Below are positions 41,988 to 54,651 of a DNA stretch of 64,000 nt, one piece after another (position 1 is the first letter of the stretch; each line of letters begins with the position of its first letter). Position numbers and translations under genes: made by a program. This DNA is from Arcobacteraceae bacterium (GTDB lineage Bacteria > Campylobacterota > Campylobacteria > Campylobacterales > Arcobacteraceae). The stretch spans positions 2,016,001 through 2,080,000 of the forward strand of contig OY759974.1 of the NCBI GenBank assembly GCA_963662945.1. Reading direction: 5' to 3'. Under the pieces are notes generated by a model. It had not been told where the DNA came from. It was given only the letters and a program-made list of their open reading frames with translations, and did no database searches.

Positions 41988-43484
41988 ATGAAATCATTAA
42001 AATCTGCTTCATTAGATGGAATTGATGCTGTTAGTATTGATGTAGAATCAACATTCACAAAAGGCTTACCAAGTTTTAGCATAGTGGGTATGGCAAATAC
42101 GGCAATTCAAGAATCAAAAGAGCGTATAAAATCATCACTTTTAACCAATGATTTTAAATTTCCACCAAAAAGAATCACGATCAACCTTTCTCCTTCAGAA
42201 TTAGCGAAAAAAGGAAGCCATATAGATTTGCCTATAGCTTTACTTATTGCTTTACAAGATACCAAGATAAATTTAAAAGATTTTTATGTATTTGGTGAAT
42301 TAGGTCTTGATGGTAAACTTAAAGATACAAAATCTATTTTTGTACTTATATTATCACTTGTTCGACAAGGGAAAGTTAAAAATGTGTTAGTACCAAAAGA
42401 ATCTGTAGAAAAAGTCTCTATGATTCCAAATATTAATATTTATAGTGTAGATACTTTAGCAGAAGCAATTTTGTTTTTTCAATTGCAAGATAAAGAAAAT
42501 CATAAAGTTATAAATAAAAGTTTTGAACATAAATCTATTAATATAAACAATAAACTCTATTATTATAATATGGATTATAGTGTAAATTTTCAAGATGTTA
42601 AAGGACAAAAAATAGCTAAAAAAGCAGCTTTGATAAGTGCAGCTGGTGGGCATAATATCATCTTTGAAGGAAGTCCTGGCTGTGGAAAAAGTATGATAGC
42701 AAAAAGATTACAATATATTACAGCACCAATGGATTTAGAAGAGATTCTAGATTGTGCTAAAATGGAATCTTTACAGTTAAAACAGCCTACATTTTTACCA
42801 CAAAGAACTTTTATATCTCCCCATCATAGCTCAACTAAGGCTTCGATTGTAGGTGGAACACAAATAGGAGAAGTTGCATTATCTAACCATGGGATACTTT
42901 TTTTTGATGAATTGCCACATTATGACAAGTCAGTTTTAGAAGCTATGAGAGAACCATTGGAAGATTATGAAATATCAATTTCAAGAGTAAATAGCAAAGT
43001 GAAATATCCTACAAAGTTTCTTTTTGTATCAGCAATGAATCCTTGTCCTTGTGGAAATTTACTATCACAAACAAAATTATGTAGATGTAATGATGTTGAG
43101 ATACAAAGATATAAAAACAAAATTTCAGATCCTTTTTTAGATAGAATTGACTTATATGTAATTATGAATGAGGTGAAAAAAGAGGATACTTCAGATGTAA
43201 CATCAGAACAATTACATGCACAAGTATTAGAAGTATTTACACAACAAAAATTGCGAGGACAAGAAGAATTAAATGGAAAACTTACTGATGAAGATATAAA
43301 AAAATATTGTGTATTAACAAAAGAAGCACAAGATATTTTAGATATCTCAATAGAAAAATTTATGCTTTCATTTCGTTCTATTAATAAAGTTTTGAAAGTA
43401 TCTAGAACAATTGCTGACTTAAATAAAAGTGAATTTATACATAAAGAACATATTATAGAAGCTTTAAGTTATAGAAAAAGATAA
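41988..43484 (+). CDS. comM: YifB/ComM family Mg-chelatase-like AAA+ ATPase
   Basis: ESKERI, INLSP..K.G..DL, GSPGCGKS, PHHS, FFDE, AMNPCPCG, DRID, RTIADL. Confidence 0.92.
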   Translation: MKSLKSASLDGIDAVSIDVESTFTKGLPSFSIVGMANTAIQESKERIKSSLLTNDFKFPPKRITINLSPSELAKKGSHIDLPIALLIALQDTKINLKDFYVFGELGLDGKLKDTKSIFVLILSLVRQGKVKNVLVPKESVEKVSMIPNINIYSVDTLAEAILFFQLQDKENHKVINKSFEHKSININNKLYYYNMDYSVNFQDVKGQKIAKKAALISAAGGHNIIFEGSPGCGKSMIAKRLQYITAPMDLEEILDCAKMESLQLKQPTFLPQRTFISPHHSSTKASIVGGTQIGEVALSNHGILFFDELPHYDKSVLEAMREPLEDYEISISRVNSKVKYPTKFLFVSAMNPCPCGNLLSQTKLCRCNDVEIQRYKNKISDPFLDRIDLYVIMNEVKKEDTSDVTSEQLHAQVLEVFTQQKLRGQEELNGKLTDEDIKKYCVLTKEAQDILDISIEKFMLSFRSINKVLKVSRTIADLNKSEFIHKEHIIEALSYRKR

Positions 43485-43542
43485 GAGTATATCTGTAAGA
43501 ATAATTTAAATATAATGTAATTAATTTTTATAAATAGGGTGT

Positions 43543-43932
43543 ATGATGAAAATTCTTTTTTTTTATTTTCTTATTGTTAGTTATGTATTAGGTATGCAAA
43601 TAGAAGATGATCCTACTTTTAAGTTAATATATCAACAAAAACAAAATAGCAATAAAATAGTGTTAATGCTTTATAGTGCAAAAACCTGTCCACAGTGTTC
43701 TTATATGAAAGAAAAAGTCTTTAAAGATAAAGAAGTGAAAAAATTTATGGATACACATTTTGTAATTTTAGAAAAAGATATAAATAAAGATGATTTACCT
43801 AATAAATTTGAATATTTTGGAATTCCAACAATGTTTTTTATAGATAGAGAGGGTAAGCAAATAGGAAAAATAGTTGGTTCATCAAGAGCAAAACAATTTT
43901 TAGAACAATTAAAAAAGGTAGTTGATAAATGA
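43543..43932 (+). CDS. Exported thioredoxin-fold protein
   Basis: Signal peptide, CPQC, GIPT cis-Pro loop. Confidence 0.8.
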   Translation: MMKILFFYFLIVSYVLGMQIEDDPTFKLIYQQKQNSNKIVLMLYSAKTCPQCSYMKEKVFKDKEVKKFMDTHFVILEKDINKDDLPNKFEYFGIPTMFFIDREGKQIGKIVGSSRAKQFLEQLKKVVDK

Positions 43933-44525
43933 AAATAATTGTATTTCTTTTATTATATAGTGTGATTTTATTTGGATATAATCAAAAAGATATAGATAAT
44001 CTTTTTAAAGATGAAGGTTGTAAAGGCTGTGATTTTAGTGGTGCAGATTTAAGTAATCGTGATTTTAGTGGATTTGAAATGGAAGATGCCAATTTAAAAA
44101 ATACTAATTTAAAAAATTCTAACTTTTTTATGGCTAATTTAGAGGGTGCAAATTTTAGCGGTTCAAATTTAGAAAATACAATCTTCTGGAAAGCAAATTT
44201 GAGCTTTAGTACTTTTAATAATGTAGAAGCAATAAGAGTCAATTTAAAAGGTGCTAATTTACAAAATACAACTTTGTATGAGAGTAATTTTAGTTATAGT
44301 GTGTCATGGAAAGCAAATTTTAATGATGCAATTATTGAGAAATCAAATTTTAGTAATAGTGAGTTAGGTGATGCAAAATTTTATCATAATAATTTAACAA
44401 CTAATAATTTAGAAAATGCTATTTTGTGGAAAACAAAATTTAAAGATACAATCTTAACGCAAAAGCAGTGTGAAGAAGCAAAAAAAGAAGAAGCGATATT
44501 TTTAAATAATGTAGAGTGTAAATAA
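43929..44525 (+). CDS. Exported pentapeptide-repeat protein
   Basis: Signal peptide; CKGCD then A(N/D)(L/F)xx repeats; ATGA overlap with upstream gene. Confidence 0.88.
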   Translation: MKIIVFLLLYSVILFGYNQKDIDNLFKDEGCKGCDFSGADLSNRDFSGFEMEDANLKNTNLKNSNFFMANLEGANFSGSNLENTIFWKANLSFSTFNNVEAIRVNLKGANLQNTTLYESNFSYSVSWKANFNDAIIEKSNFSNSELGDAKFYHNNLTTNNLENAILWKTKFKDTILTQKQCEEAKKEEAIFLNNVECK

Positions 44526-44533
44526 TTTAAAAA

Positions 44534-45298
44534 CTAATATTGTTTCCAAGCCTTATTAAATGGAATTTTTTTATAGTAGATGTTACTACATAGTTGATTT
44601 AATCCTGTTTTTTTTAATATATAAGATACTTTTTTAGGCCAAGTTTCCCGATAATTAAAAGAGTTTTCTCGCCCACCTATCATTGAAGCAAATTTCAGAT
44701 TTGTTTCAAGTTTAAAAAGAGTATCAATTCCCTCAGTTTCTATCTTTTTTTCAAGCCATTGTTTTGTTTCTTTAAAAGGTTTATATTTATGTTTTACAGT
44801 AAGCCATTTAGTTAAGAAATCATTGACAGATTGTAGTTTTGCTTTTTTAAATGCTTCAGAATTATATTTAAAATATTCTAGATTTGTAGTTGTTCCTGCT
44901 ATTTGTTCTGGTCTATAATCTTTTTTCAGACTTTTAGGTCTTTGTTTCCATATAAGTTCTTTACACGCTCGTTGTTCTTTTGGATCAAAAAGTGGTTTTT
45001 TATTTTTATCATTATTACAGTAAGGTATGTTTAAAGCAGGTAATTGAATATCGTTTTTATTTGCACCAAGAGAGAGTATATTTCCCGTTATTTGTGATAC
45101 ATAACCACTACCATATCCAGATTCTAATCCTGCAATAGCAAGAATAACAGCTGGTGGTGTATGGTGTTTTATAGATAATTGGATTACATCATTAGTAATT
45201 GAAGAATAGAAATTTTCTACATTTTTAAATTCTCTATACTTGAATTTTTGTGCTTGTGATATTGTTAATAATAGAATTAAGATTAGTATATATTTCAT
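44534..45298 (-). CDS. Exported glucosaminidase-like (GH73/lysozyme-like) protein
   Basis: Signal peptide; PPAVILAIAGLESGYGS..GN; rest divergent. Confidence 0.65.
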   Translation of the reverse strand: MKYILILILLLTISQAQKFKYREFKNVENFYSSITNDVIQLSIKHHTPPAVILAIAGLESGYGSGYVSQITGNILSLGANKNDIQLPALNIPYCNNDKNKKPLFDPKEQRACKELIWKQRPKSLKKDYRPEQIAGTTTNLEYFKYNSEAFKKAKLQSVNDFLTKWLTVKHKYKPFKETKQWLEKKIETEGIDTLFKLETNLKFASMIGGRENSFNYRETWPKKVSYILKKTGLNQLCSNIYYKKIPFNKAWKQY

Positions 45299-45359
45299 TT
45301 TGATAATTTTTAAAAGTTAATTAGGGGAATTTGAATTTTTAAGAATTGACTATACAGAC

Positions 45360-45458
45360 ATTTTGGTGCGAAGACGAAATCATAGATTTCTTTCGCACAA
45401 CAAAATCTCGTTAATCACGAAAAATAACACGCAGGTGTCATTTTTTTACGTGATTAAC
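45360..45458 (-). other. Two tandem long hairpins directly after the fusA stop
   Basis: 45410-45458 GTTAATCACG..CGTGATTAAC; 45360-45406 GTGCGAA..GAAATC-ATA-GATTTC..TTCGCAC. Confidence 0.65.
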
Positions 45459-47568
45459 CATTTCTCTTTTTCATAATCTCATCAGCAACGTTTTTAGGAA
45501 CTTCCATATATTGATCAAAAATCATAGAATATGTAGCTCTACCTTGAGACATAGATCTTAAGTCTGTAGAATATCCAAACATTTCTGCAAGTGGAACTAA
45601 AGCAACAACAAGTTTAACACCAGCTCTATCATCCATAGATTGAACTAGTCCTCTTCGTTTGTTACAATCTCCAATAACATCTCCCATGTAATCTTCTGGA
45701 GTTTCAACTTCAACTCTCATCATAGGCTCTAGAATACACGCTTGTGCAGCTGCTTGTCTACAACCAGCTTTAAATCCCATAGATGCAGCAAGTTTAAATG
45801 CCATCTCAGAAGAATCCACATCATGGTAAGAACCATCATAACAAGTAACTCTGATGTCAACAAGTGGATAACCAGCAAGTACCCCACCAAGCATTGTTTC
45901 TTTACAACCTTTTTCAACTGCAGGAATATATTCTTTTGGAATTGCTCCACCTTTGATTTCATTAACAAACTCAAAACCTTCTTCGTTTGTTTCTTCTTTA
46001 GTCATTGGCTCAATTTTTAAGAATACGTGACCGTATTGACCTTTACCACCAGATTGTTTTGCATATTTGTACTCTTGGTTTACAGCACCTTTAATAGTTT
46101 CTCTGTATGCAACTTGTGGAGCACCAACTTCTGCTTCAACACCAAATTCTCTTTTCATTCTATCTACAAGGATTTCAAGGTGTAACTCACCCATTCCTGA
46201 AATAATAGTTTGACCAGATTCTTCATCTGTTTCAACTCTAAATGATGGATCCTCTTGTGCAAGTTTTCCTAAAGCATTACCCATTTTTTCTTGGTCAGCT
46301 TTTGTTTTTGGTTCAACAGCAACAGAGATAACTGGTTCTGGGAAATCCATTCTTTCTAAGATTACTGGATCTTTTTCAGAAGCTAAAGTATCTCCTGTGA
46401 TTGTATCTTTAAGACCAACTACTGCACCAATCTCACCAGCATAAAGTTCTTTTACCTCTTCTCTGTTGTTTGCATGCATTTTAAGAAGTCTTCCGATTCT
46501 TTCTTTTTTCATTTTTGTAGAGTTGTAAACGTAAGTACCAGACTCTAAAACACCTCTATAAATTCTTGTAAATGTTAATTGTCCAACAAATGGGTCAGTC
46601 ATAATTTTAAATGCTAACGCTGCAACTTCACCTTTTTCAGTTGAATCTACAACAACTTCTTCACCATCTTGAGTTTCACCTCTAATAGCAGCAACTTCTG
46701 TTGGGGCAGGTAAATACATAGCAACAGCATCAAGTAAAGTTTGAACACCTTTATTTTTAAATGCAGTTCCTGAAGTCATTGGAGTGATTTCCATAGCTAA
46801 ACATCTAGCTTTTAAACCTGCAACAATTTCTTCTTCTGATAAATCACCTTCTTCAAGGTATTTTTCCATTAATTCTTCGCTTGATTCAGCAGCAGCTTCA
46901 ATCATTTTTTCTCTATATTCTGTTGCAAGATCCATTAAATCTTCTGGAATTTCTTCTACATGGTAGTTTGAACCCATTGCAGCATCATCATCCCAAACGA
47001 TAGCTTTCATTTGTACTAAATCAACTACACCTTTGTAGTTTTCTTCTGCACCAATTGGTATTTGAATTGGCACTGGATTAGCTTTTAATCTTTCAGCAAC
47101 TTGTTTTTCAACCATAAAAAAGTCAGCACCAGTTCTATCCATTTTATTAACGAATATCATTCTTGGTACTCTATATTTATTTGCTTGTCTCCAAACTGTT
47201 TCAGATTGTGGTTGAACTCCACCAACTGAACAGAATACAGCAACAGCACCATCAAGAACCCTCATAGATCTCTCAACTTCAATTGTAAAGTCAACGTGAC
47301 CCGGAGTGTCAATAATGTTTATTTGTAGTTGCTCGTTTGTTTTTGGGTGATTCCAGTGACAAGTTGTAGCAGCAGAAGTAATTGTAATACCTCTTTCTTG
47401 CTCTTGCTCCATCCAGTCCATTGTTGCTGCACCTTCATGAACCTCACCAATTTTGTGAGATACACCTGTATAGAATAAAATTCTTTCAGTTGTTGTTGTT
47501 TTACCTGCATCAATATGCGCAGCAATACCAATATTTCTAACTCTGTTAAGTGGTGTTTTTCTTGCCAT
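45454..47568 (-). CDS. fusA: Elongation factor G
   Basis: [23 protein letters not shown]. Confidence 0.99.
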   Translation of the reverse strand: MARKTPLNRVRNIGIAAHIDAGKTTTTERILFYTGVSHKIGEVHEGAATMDWMEQEQERGITITSAATTCHWNHPKTNEQLQINIIDTPGHVDFTIEVERSMRVLDGAVAVFCSVGGVQPQSETVWRQANKYRVPRMIFVNKMDRTGADFFMVEKQVAERLKANPVPIQIPIGAEENYKGVVDLVQMKAIVWDDDAAMGSNYHVEEIPEDLMDLATEYREKMIEAAAESSEELMEKYLEEGDLSEEEIVAGLKARCLAMEITPMTSGTAFKNKGVQTLLDAVAMYLPAPTEVAAIRGETQDGEEVVVDSTEKGEVAALAFKIMTDPFVGQLTFTRIYRGVLESGTYVYNSTKMKKERIGRLLKMHANNREEVKELYAGEIGAVVGLKDTITGDTLASEKDPVILERMDFPEPVISVAVEPKTKADQEKMGNALGKLAQEDPSFRVETDEESGQTIISGMGELHLEILVDRMKREFGVEAEVGAPQVAYRETIKGAVNQEYKYAKQSGGKGQYGHVFLKIEPMTKEETNEEGFEFVNEIKGGAIPKEYIPAVEKGCKETMLGGVLAGYPLVDIRVTCYDGSYHDVDSSEMAFKLAASMGFKAGCRQAAAQACILEPMMRVEVETPEDYMGDVIGDCNKRRGLVQSMDDRAGVKLVVALVPLAEMFGYSTDLRSMSQGRATYSMIFDQYMEVPKNVADEIMKKRNG

Positions 47569-47577
47569 TTTAATTTC

Positions 47578-48048
<471 letters not shown>

Positions 48049-48061
48049 CTAATCCTTTTAC

Positions 48062-48436
48062 TTATTTCTTTGGTCTTTTTGTACCATATTTAGATCTTGC
48101 AACAGTTCTGTTTGCAACACCAGCTGTATCTAAAGCACCTCTAACGATGTGGTATTTAACCCCTGGTAAATCCTTGATTCTACCACCTCTTACTAGAACA
48201 ATTGAGTGCTCTTGTAGGTTATGACCTTCTCCACCGATGTATGAAATTACTTCAAATCCTGTAGTTAATCTAACTTTTGCAACTTTTCTTAAAGCCGAGT
48301 TAGGTTTCTTTGGTGTTGTTGTATATACTCTTGTACATACTCCTCTTCTTTGTGGACATTTGTCAAGTGCTGGAGATTTTGATTTTTCAATCACTTTCTT
48401 TCGCTCTTTTCTAATCAATTGATTGATTGTAGGCAT
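48062..48436 (-). CDS. rpsL: 30S ribosomal protein S12
   Basis: [22 protein letters not shown]. Confidence 0.99.
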   Translation of the reverse strand: MPTINQLIRKERKKVIEKSKSPALDKCPQRRGVCTRVYTTTPKKPNSALRKVAKVRLTTGFEVISYIGGEGHNLQEHSIVLVRGGRIKDLPGVKYHIVRGALDTAGVANRTVARSKYGTKRPKK

Positions 48437-48613
48437 TGTTTTCCTTTATATAATTTGGTTAGAACAACTCTTATTATACCTTATTGTTCAGTCTTCTCTA
48501 TAGTAAAATAGTAACAACTATTTTAGATACTACCTAATCTCGAAAAGGTATTTTTTCGAAAAAAGTTTTGGATTATACTGAAATGAAACTTAGAATTTAA
48601 TTAGGATAGATGA

Positions 48614-48640
48614 AAGACTCTATAGAGATTATAGAGTCTT
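48614..48640 (-). terminator. Hairpin after recA, probable terminator
   Basis: AAGACTCTATA-N5-TATAGAGTCTT; short T-tract only. Confidence 0.6.
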
Positions 48641-48650
48641 AGTTGTAAAT

Positions 48651-49679
48651 TTAGTCTTGTTCGTCGTTATCTGGAGCAGATTCAAAAGAGTTTACACCCA
48701 TTGCTTCAAGAATTTTTCCTTCAATTTCTGCCGCAATTTCTGGGTTGTCTATTAAAAATTGTTTACTATTTTCTTTCCCTTGACCTATTTTACTATCATT
48801 ATAGCTAAACCAAGCACCAGCTTTGTCTATAATATCCATTTTTACACCATAATCAATAAGTTCACCAGTTTTTGATATACCAGAACCAAACATAATATCA
48901 AACTCTACAACTTTAAATGGAGGTGCAACTTTATTTTTAACAACTTTTACTTTTGTTCTATTTCCAATTACTTCTTCTCCTTGTTTTAAAGAAGCAATTC
49001 TTCTGATGTCAAGTCTTACTGAACTATAGAATTTTAATGCATTCCCGCCAGTTGTTGTTTCAGGACTTCCATAACCAGTCATACCTATTTTCATACGAAT
49101 TTGGTTGATAAAGATAACAGTACAGTTCATTTTATGTAAAATACCTGTAATTTTTCGTAAGGCTTTTGACATTAATCTTGCTTGAACACCAACTTGTTGA
49201 TCATCCATATCACCATCTATTTCAACTTTTGGTGTAAGCGCTGCAACACTATCTACAACAACTAAATTAACTGCACCACTTCTTATAACAGTTTCAAGTA
49301 TCTCTAAAGCTTGTTCACCAAAATCTGGTTGTGATACTAAAAGGTTGTCTGTATCTACACCTAAATTTTTTGCATAAGTAACATCTAGTGCATGCTCTGC
49401 ATCAATAAATGCACATACACCACCTTGTTTTTGACATTCTGCAATTGCGTGAAGTGTTAAAGTTGTTTTACCTGAACTCTCTGGTCCATATATTTCTATT
49501 ACTCTTCCTTTTGGTAGTCCATTAATACCAAGAGCTAAGTCTAACCCTAATGAACCAGTACTAATTGCTTCAATGGGTTCATGCACTTTATCTCCAAGTC
49601 TAATTAAAGTACCTTTCCCAAAAGCTTTATCCATTTGTTTTATAGCTAAATCAAGTGCATTTTTTTGCTGTTCATTCAT
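48651..49679 (-). CDS. recA: Recombinase A
   Basis: [30 protein letters not shown]. Confidence 0.99.
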   Translation of the reverse strand: MNEQQKNALDLAIKQMDKAFGKGTLIRLGDKVHEPIEAISTGSLGLDLALGINGLPKGRVIEIYGPESSGKTTLTLHAIAECQKQGGVCAFIDAEHALDVTYAKNLGVDTDNLLVSQPDFGEQALEILETVIRSGAVNLVVVDSVAALTPKVEIDGDMDDQQVGVQARLMSKALRKITGILHKMNCTVIFINQIRMKIGMTGYGSPETTTGGNALKFYSSVRLDIRRIASLKQGEEVIGNRTKVKVVKNKVAPPFKVVEFDIMFGSGISKTGELIDYGVKMDIIDKAGAWFSYNDSKIGQGKENSKQFLIDNPEIAAEIEGKILEAMGVNSFESAPDNDEQD

Positions 49680-49712
49680 AATTTTTCCTCAAATTAATTT
49701 TTTATATGTGGA

Positions 49713-49760
49713 AGTATAGCAATTTTTTTTTAATATTGTTAAAAAAATTGCAAATTGCAA
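49713..49760 (-). promoter_or_regulatory. Predicted recA promoter: extended -10 TGCTATACT plus upstream TTGCA-N3-TGCAA palindrome
   Basis: Extended -10 at 49713-49721; palindrome at 49748-49760, 29 nt from the hexamer. Confidence 0.6.
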
Positions 49761-49865
49761 TATTTTTTATTTTTATATTCTTTCTAATTATTTAGTTGAT
49801 TTGCTATTAAGTAAATATAGGGTATCATAATATGTAAAAAATTATGATTAAAAGGAATATTATAA

Positions 49866-51143
<1,278 letters not shown>

Positions 51144-51157
51144 ATTATAAAATACAG

Positions 51158-51397
51158 ATGATAAATAGTAATAAAAAGTTTATACTTATATCAACTTTTT
51201 TGATTTTATTTACATTTGTATTAGCTTATTACATAGCTAATTTACTTTTTTATGGTAAAAATTCTTATGAAGTTTACTCAAATTTAGAAAATAGAAAACT
51301 AAAATTGCAAGAAGATATAAAAATGCTACAATATGAGAATGCAATGTTACAAAAAAAATATTTTGAACTTAAAAACTTGGAGCCTGAAGAATTATGA
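51158..51397 (+). CDS. FtsB/DivIC-like septum formation initiator
   Basis: One TM followed by a coiled coil; directly after eno. Confidence 0.7.
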   Translation: MINSNKKFILISTFLILFTFVLAYYIANLLFYGKNSYEVYSNLENRKLKLQEDIKMLQYENAMLQKKYFELKNLEPEEL

Positions 51398-52041
51398 AGA
51401 AATTATTACTATTTGTATTTATAAGTTTATTAGCTATAAATCTAAGCGCTAGAATGAATCCTTTTGAGCCTACAGATACTTTTTATGAACAACAAAAAGA
51501 GTATGAACTAAAACAAAAACAAGAGGAACAAAAGCAATTAGAGTTAGAAAAACAAAGAAAATTGGAATTGTTAGCACAACAAGAGGCTGAAGAAAAAGCT
51601 GAACAATTACGATTACAACAAGAACAAGAAGCTCAATTGGAAAAACAACGAAAATTAGAAGCAGAAAAAGCTGCACAAATTAAAGTTGTTGCAAAAAAAG
51701 AGGAAGTAGTTGTTCCTAAGGATAGTTATAAAATTTTACCTTTTGTAAATATAAAGGTATCAGATGAAGGATTAGAAGTTTTTATTGATAAAAGATATAA
51801 ACTTGTTAATCAAGATATTTTAGAAGATCAAAAAAAATTTCTATTTGATTTTAGAGCAACTGAAAGTTTTTATACGGTAAGAAAAGTTTTAGATAGTAAA
51901 GATTTTAAATCATTTGCTGTTGGAACACATATGGAAAAAAACTTTTTTAGAGTGGTTGTAGAATTAAATGATAGTGTTTCTAAATATAAAGAACATATCA
52001 ATAGTAATACAAGTTATATAAAAATCACAAAAATTAAATAA
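51394..52041 (+). CDS. Exported AMIN-domain protein
   Basis: Signal peptide, RMNPF, E/Q/K coiled coil, KFLFDF..GTH..FFRVVVEL. Confidence 0.75.
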   Translation: MKKLLLFVFISLLAINLSARMNPFEPTDTFYEQQKEYELKQKQEEQKQLELEKQRKLELLAQQEAEEKAEQLRLQQEQEAQLEKQRKLEAEKAAQIKVVAKKEEVVVPKDSYKILPFVNIKVSDEGLEVFIDKRYKLVNQDILEDQKKFLFDFRATESFYTVRKVLDSKDFKSFAVGTHMEKNFFRVVVELNDSVSKYKEHINSNTSYIKITKIK

Positions 52042-52050
52042 AATACAAAA

Positions 52051-53199
52051 TCATTTAACATTTTGTATTTTAGATATAAGTCTTATTAAAATCATAGAGA
52101 TAATTACCTCAAAAATAGCACTCAAAATAAACGCGTAATAATAGAATTGGCTTATACTTTGATTTTGGAAAGCCAAAGTTGCAACAGCAATTAAAAGTGT
52201 CAAAGGCATTGAGTGTGATAGTGCTAGTAATATTGATGATTTAAATCCAATATCTTTAATAAAAAGCATTGAACTTATTACCCTAATAATAATCATCCCA
52301 AAAGTGATAATTAAAGCTGTATATATAAGATTTTTCATAAACAATGATTCTAGTTGAAATGAAGTACCAACCCAGACAAAAAATATAGGTACAAGCCATC
52401 CAAAACCAAAATGTTCTAATTTATGTGGTAATTGTTTATTGTGTTCAAAAAATGTTTTTATAAATACACCAGCAATAAATGCACCAAGTGCAACTTCCAA
52501 ATGAAGATATAACATAACAGCAATCATAATGAAAAATATTCCCATCGAAACTCTTACATCTTGTTCTTGATTGTCATCTTGTGGCATCAAATAATTTTTA
52601 AGTTCTGGATTCCACCAAATAAGATTATGGAAAAAGTTATAAAAAATAATCATAACACCAAAAACTAAGATAAGTTCTATAAGTGTACTATAAAATTGTC
52701 CACCAAGTCCAAATTCTAAACCAGCACTTACAGCTGTTAAAACAACAATAGAAATAATTTCACCGATTAGTCCTACGGTTATAGCTAGATTTAACCACTC
52801 TTTATCCCCATACTCTTTTTTTAAAACAGCAAGTAAGCCTATTGAAATTAGAGGGAGGGTTACAATAAATATTTTTGATAAGTCAAATCCCCAACTGAAA
52901 ATTGCTGCGAATATATATAATAAAGTAGAGTAAATTAATCCTTTTTTTAACATTGTTGGAGATATTTTTAGTAATTGTTTTAAGTCTACTTCTAAACCAG
53001 CTAAAAACATAAGATATAAAAATCCAAGTTCGGCAACCAATGTAAAAAGATGATTTTTTTCAATAAGTGCGAAGGAAACGGCCACTGAGCCTAAAAATAT
53101 TTCAATAGGAATAGTAGGAATTCTTATAAGTTTTGAAATTAGAGGTGATGAAAAAATTATTGCAGAGAGTGTAATAATGATTGAAACTTCATTTGTCAT
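52051..53199 (-). CDS. Cation:proton antiporter (CPA2)
   Basis: About 12 TM segments; GFLYLMFLAGLEVD, LGAFIAG, PIFF. Confidence 0.88.
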   Translation of the reverse strand: MTNEVSIIITLSAIIFSSPLISKLIRIPTIPIEIFLGSVAVSFALIEKNHLFTLVAELGFLYLMFLAGLEVDLKQLLKISPTMLKKGLIYSTLLYIFAAIFSWGFDLSKIFIVTLPLISIGLLAVLKKEYGDKEWLNLAITVGLIGEIISIVVLTAVSAGLEFGLGGQFYSTLIELILVFGVMIIFYNFFHNLIWWNPELKNYLMPQDDNQEQDVRVSMGIFFIMIAVMLYLHLEVALGAFIAGVFIKTFFEHNKQLPHKLEHFGFGWLVPIFFVWVGTSFQLESLFMKNLIYTALIITFGMIIIRVISSMLFIKDIGFKSSILLALSHSMPLTLLIAVATLAFQNQSISQFYYYAFILSAIFEVIISMILIRLISKIQNVK

Positions 53200-53212
53200 T
53201 TGTAATTTTGCC

Positions 53213-54073
53213 TTATTGTGTACAGCTTGAAGCTATTGTGAATCCTAATGATTCTAGAGATTGTAAATCTTGTGAAGCTTGATTTCCATTTGTTGTAAGA
53301 TAATCACCAATGACAATAGAGTTTGCACCATAGTTGAAAATATCATATTGTTTCTCTTTAAACATCAATTCTCTTCCACCAGCAACCATAATTTTATGTG
53401 CATTTGGATTATATTGTTTGGTTAGTTTGATAAGTTCAAAAGCTTCCTCCTGAGTAATACTATTTTTTACAATAGGTAAAGCTGAATTCGGATGAAAAAA
53501 GTTAATTGGAACATTCATAGGTTCAAGAGAAGCTATTGATTCTAACATTGAAATTCTATCTTCTTGAGTTTCACCTAAACCAAAAATACCACCACACACT
53601 AACTTTAGTCCAGCTTCTTTTGCATTTAGACAAGTTTGATATCTCTCATCCCAACTATGAGTTGTTACAATAGTTGGATAAAATTCGCGAGAAGTTTCTA
53701 AGTTATGATTATAGTTATCTACTCCAGCTTTTTTTAATTCTTGCAATTGCTCTAAAGTAGCTGTTCCATTACAAGCAATAATTTTTAAACCTAAATTTTG
53801 GGCTTTTACAGCACGTGCTGCTTCACAAACAAACTCCAATCGCTCTTGTGTTAAACCTTTGCCAGCTGTAACCAGACAAAATCCTATAGCTTTATTTGCT
53901 CTAGCTGTTTTGGCTTCAGCTACAATAGTATCTATATCTTTTTTTTTATATCTTTGTATATCTGCTTTATATTTTACACTTTGTGTACAAAACTTACAAT
54001 CCTCATTGCAAGTACCACTTTCTATGTTTGATATGGCACAAAGGTATATTGTTTTATTATTTTTCATATTCAT
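53213..54073 (-). CDS. bioB: Biotin synthase (short epsilonproteobacterial form)
   Basis: CNEDCKFC, YNHNLET, GGIFGLGET, VPINF, AGGRE, GDYLTT; start could be 54067. Confidence 0.93.
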   Translation of the reverse strand: MNMKNNKTIYLCAISNIESGTCNEDCKFCTQSVKYKADIQRYKKKDIDTIVAEAKTARANKAIGFCLVTAGKGLTQERLEFVCEAARAVKAQNLGLKIIACNGTATLEQLQELKKAGVDNYNHNLETSREFYPTIVTTHSWDERYQTCLNAKEAGLKLVCGGIFGLGETQEDRISMLESIASLEPMNVPINFFHPNSALPIVKNSITQEEAFELIKLTKQYNPNAHKIMVAGGRELMFKEKQYDIFNYGANSIVIGDYLTTNGNQASQDLQSLESLGFTIASSCTQ

Positions 54074-54569
54074 AAATTTTTGTTTCCCAAGTAATTGATT
54101 CAGGTTTTTTGTAATTATACTCTATTATATATTTATCCTCTGTGATTTCTAAAAGTACACATTCTGTAATGTTTTTATTTCTTGCGCAAACTTCTCCAGG
54201 ATTTAAAAATAAAGTGTTGTTCTTATATTGTTGCTCGAAGTTATGTGTATGTCCAAATATTACCACGTCACTATCCGGAGTAAGATAATTTGGAATATGC
54301 ATAAGTTTAAATGTTACATTTTGTATTTTGAAATAATAAGGTTCTTGATTAATATTATAGTCATTTGAGTATGGTATAAGATTATAATCATTATTTCCAA
54401 ATACACTTACATAGGTTAATCCAGAATTTTTAAGTACATCCAAATTTTCTTTGATTTCTAAATCACCTGCGTGAACAAGATATTGTGCCCCTTTTGATTT
54501 GAGCATATCAATAGCTTGAGTAGTAAGTGTAGTTTTTTTATGTGAATCTGATAATAATGCAATCTTCAT
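54057..54569 (-). CDS. YfcE/MJ0936-family metallophosphoesterase
   Basis: SDSH, HAGD, GNND, GHTH, NPG. Confidence 0.9.
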   Translation of the reverse strand: MKIALLSDSHKKTTLTTQAIDMLKSKGAQYLVHAGDLEIKENLDVLKNSGLTYVSVFGNNDYNLIPYSNDYNINQEPYYFKIQNVTFKLMHIPNYLTPDSDVVIFGHTHNFEQQYKNNTLFLNPGEVCARNKNITECVLLEITEDKYIIEYNYKKPESITWETKIYEYEK

Positions 54570-54651
54570 TGGGGGATTATAGCAGATTTAAATTCAAATG
54601 AAGATATAATTCACACATTAAATTAATACAAATAAAGATAAGAGGTTTTAT

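Noticed and set aside
43929-44525. Qnr/MfpA-type quinolone resistance protein
   Set aside because: A predicted signal peptide places it outside the cytoplasm, away from gyrase.
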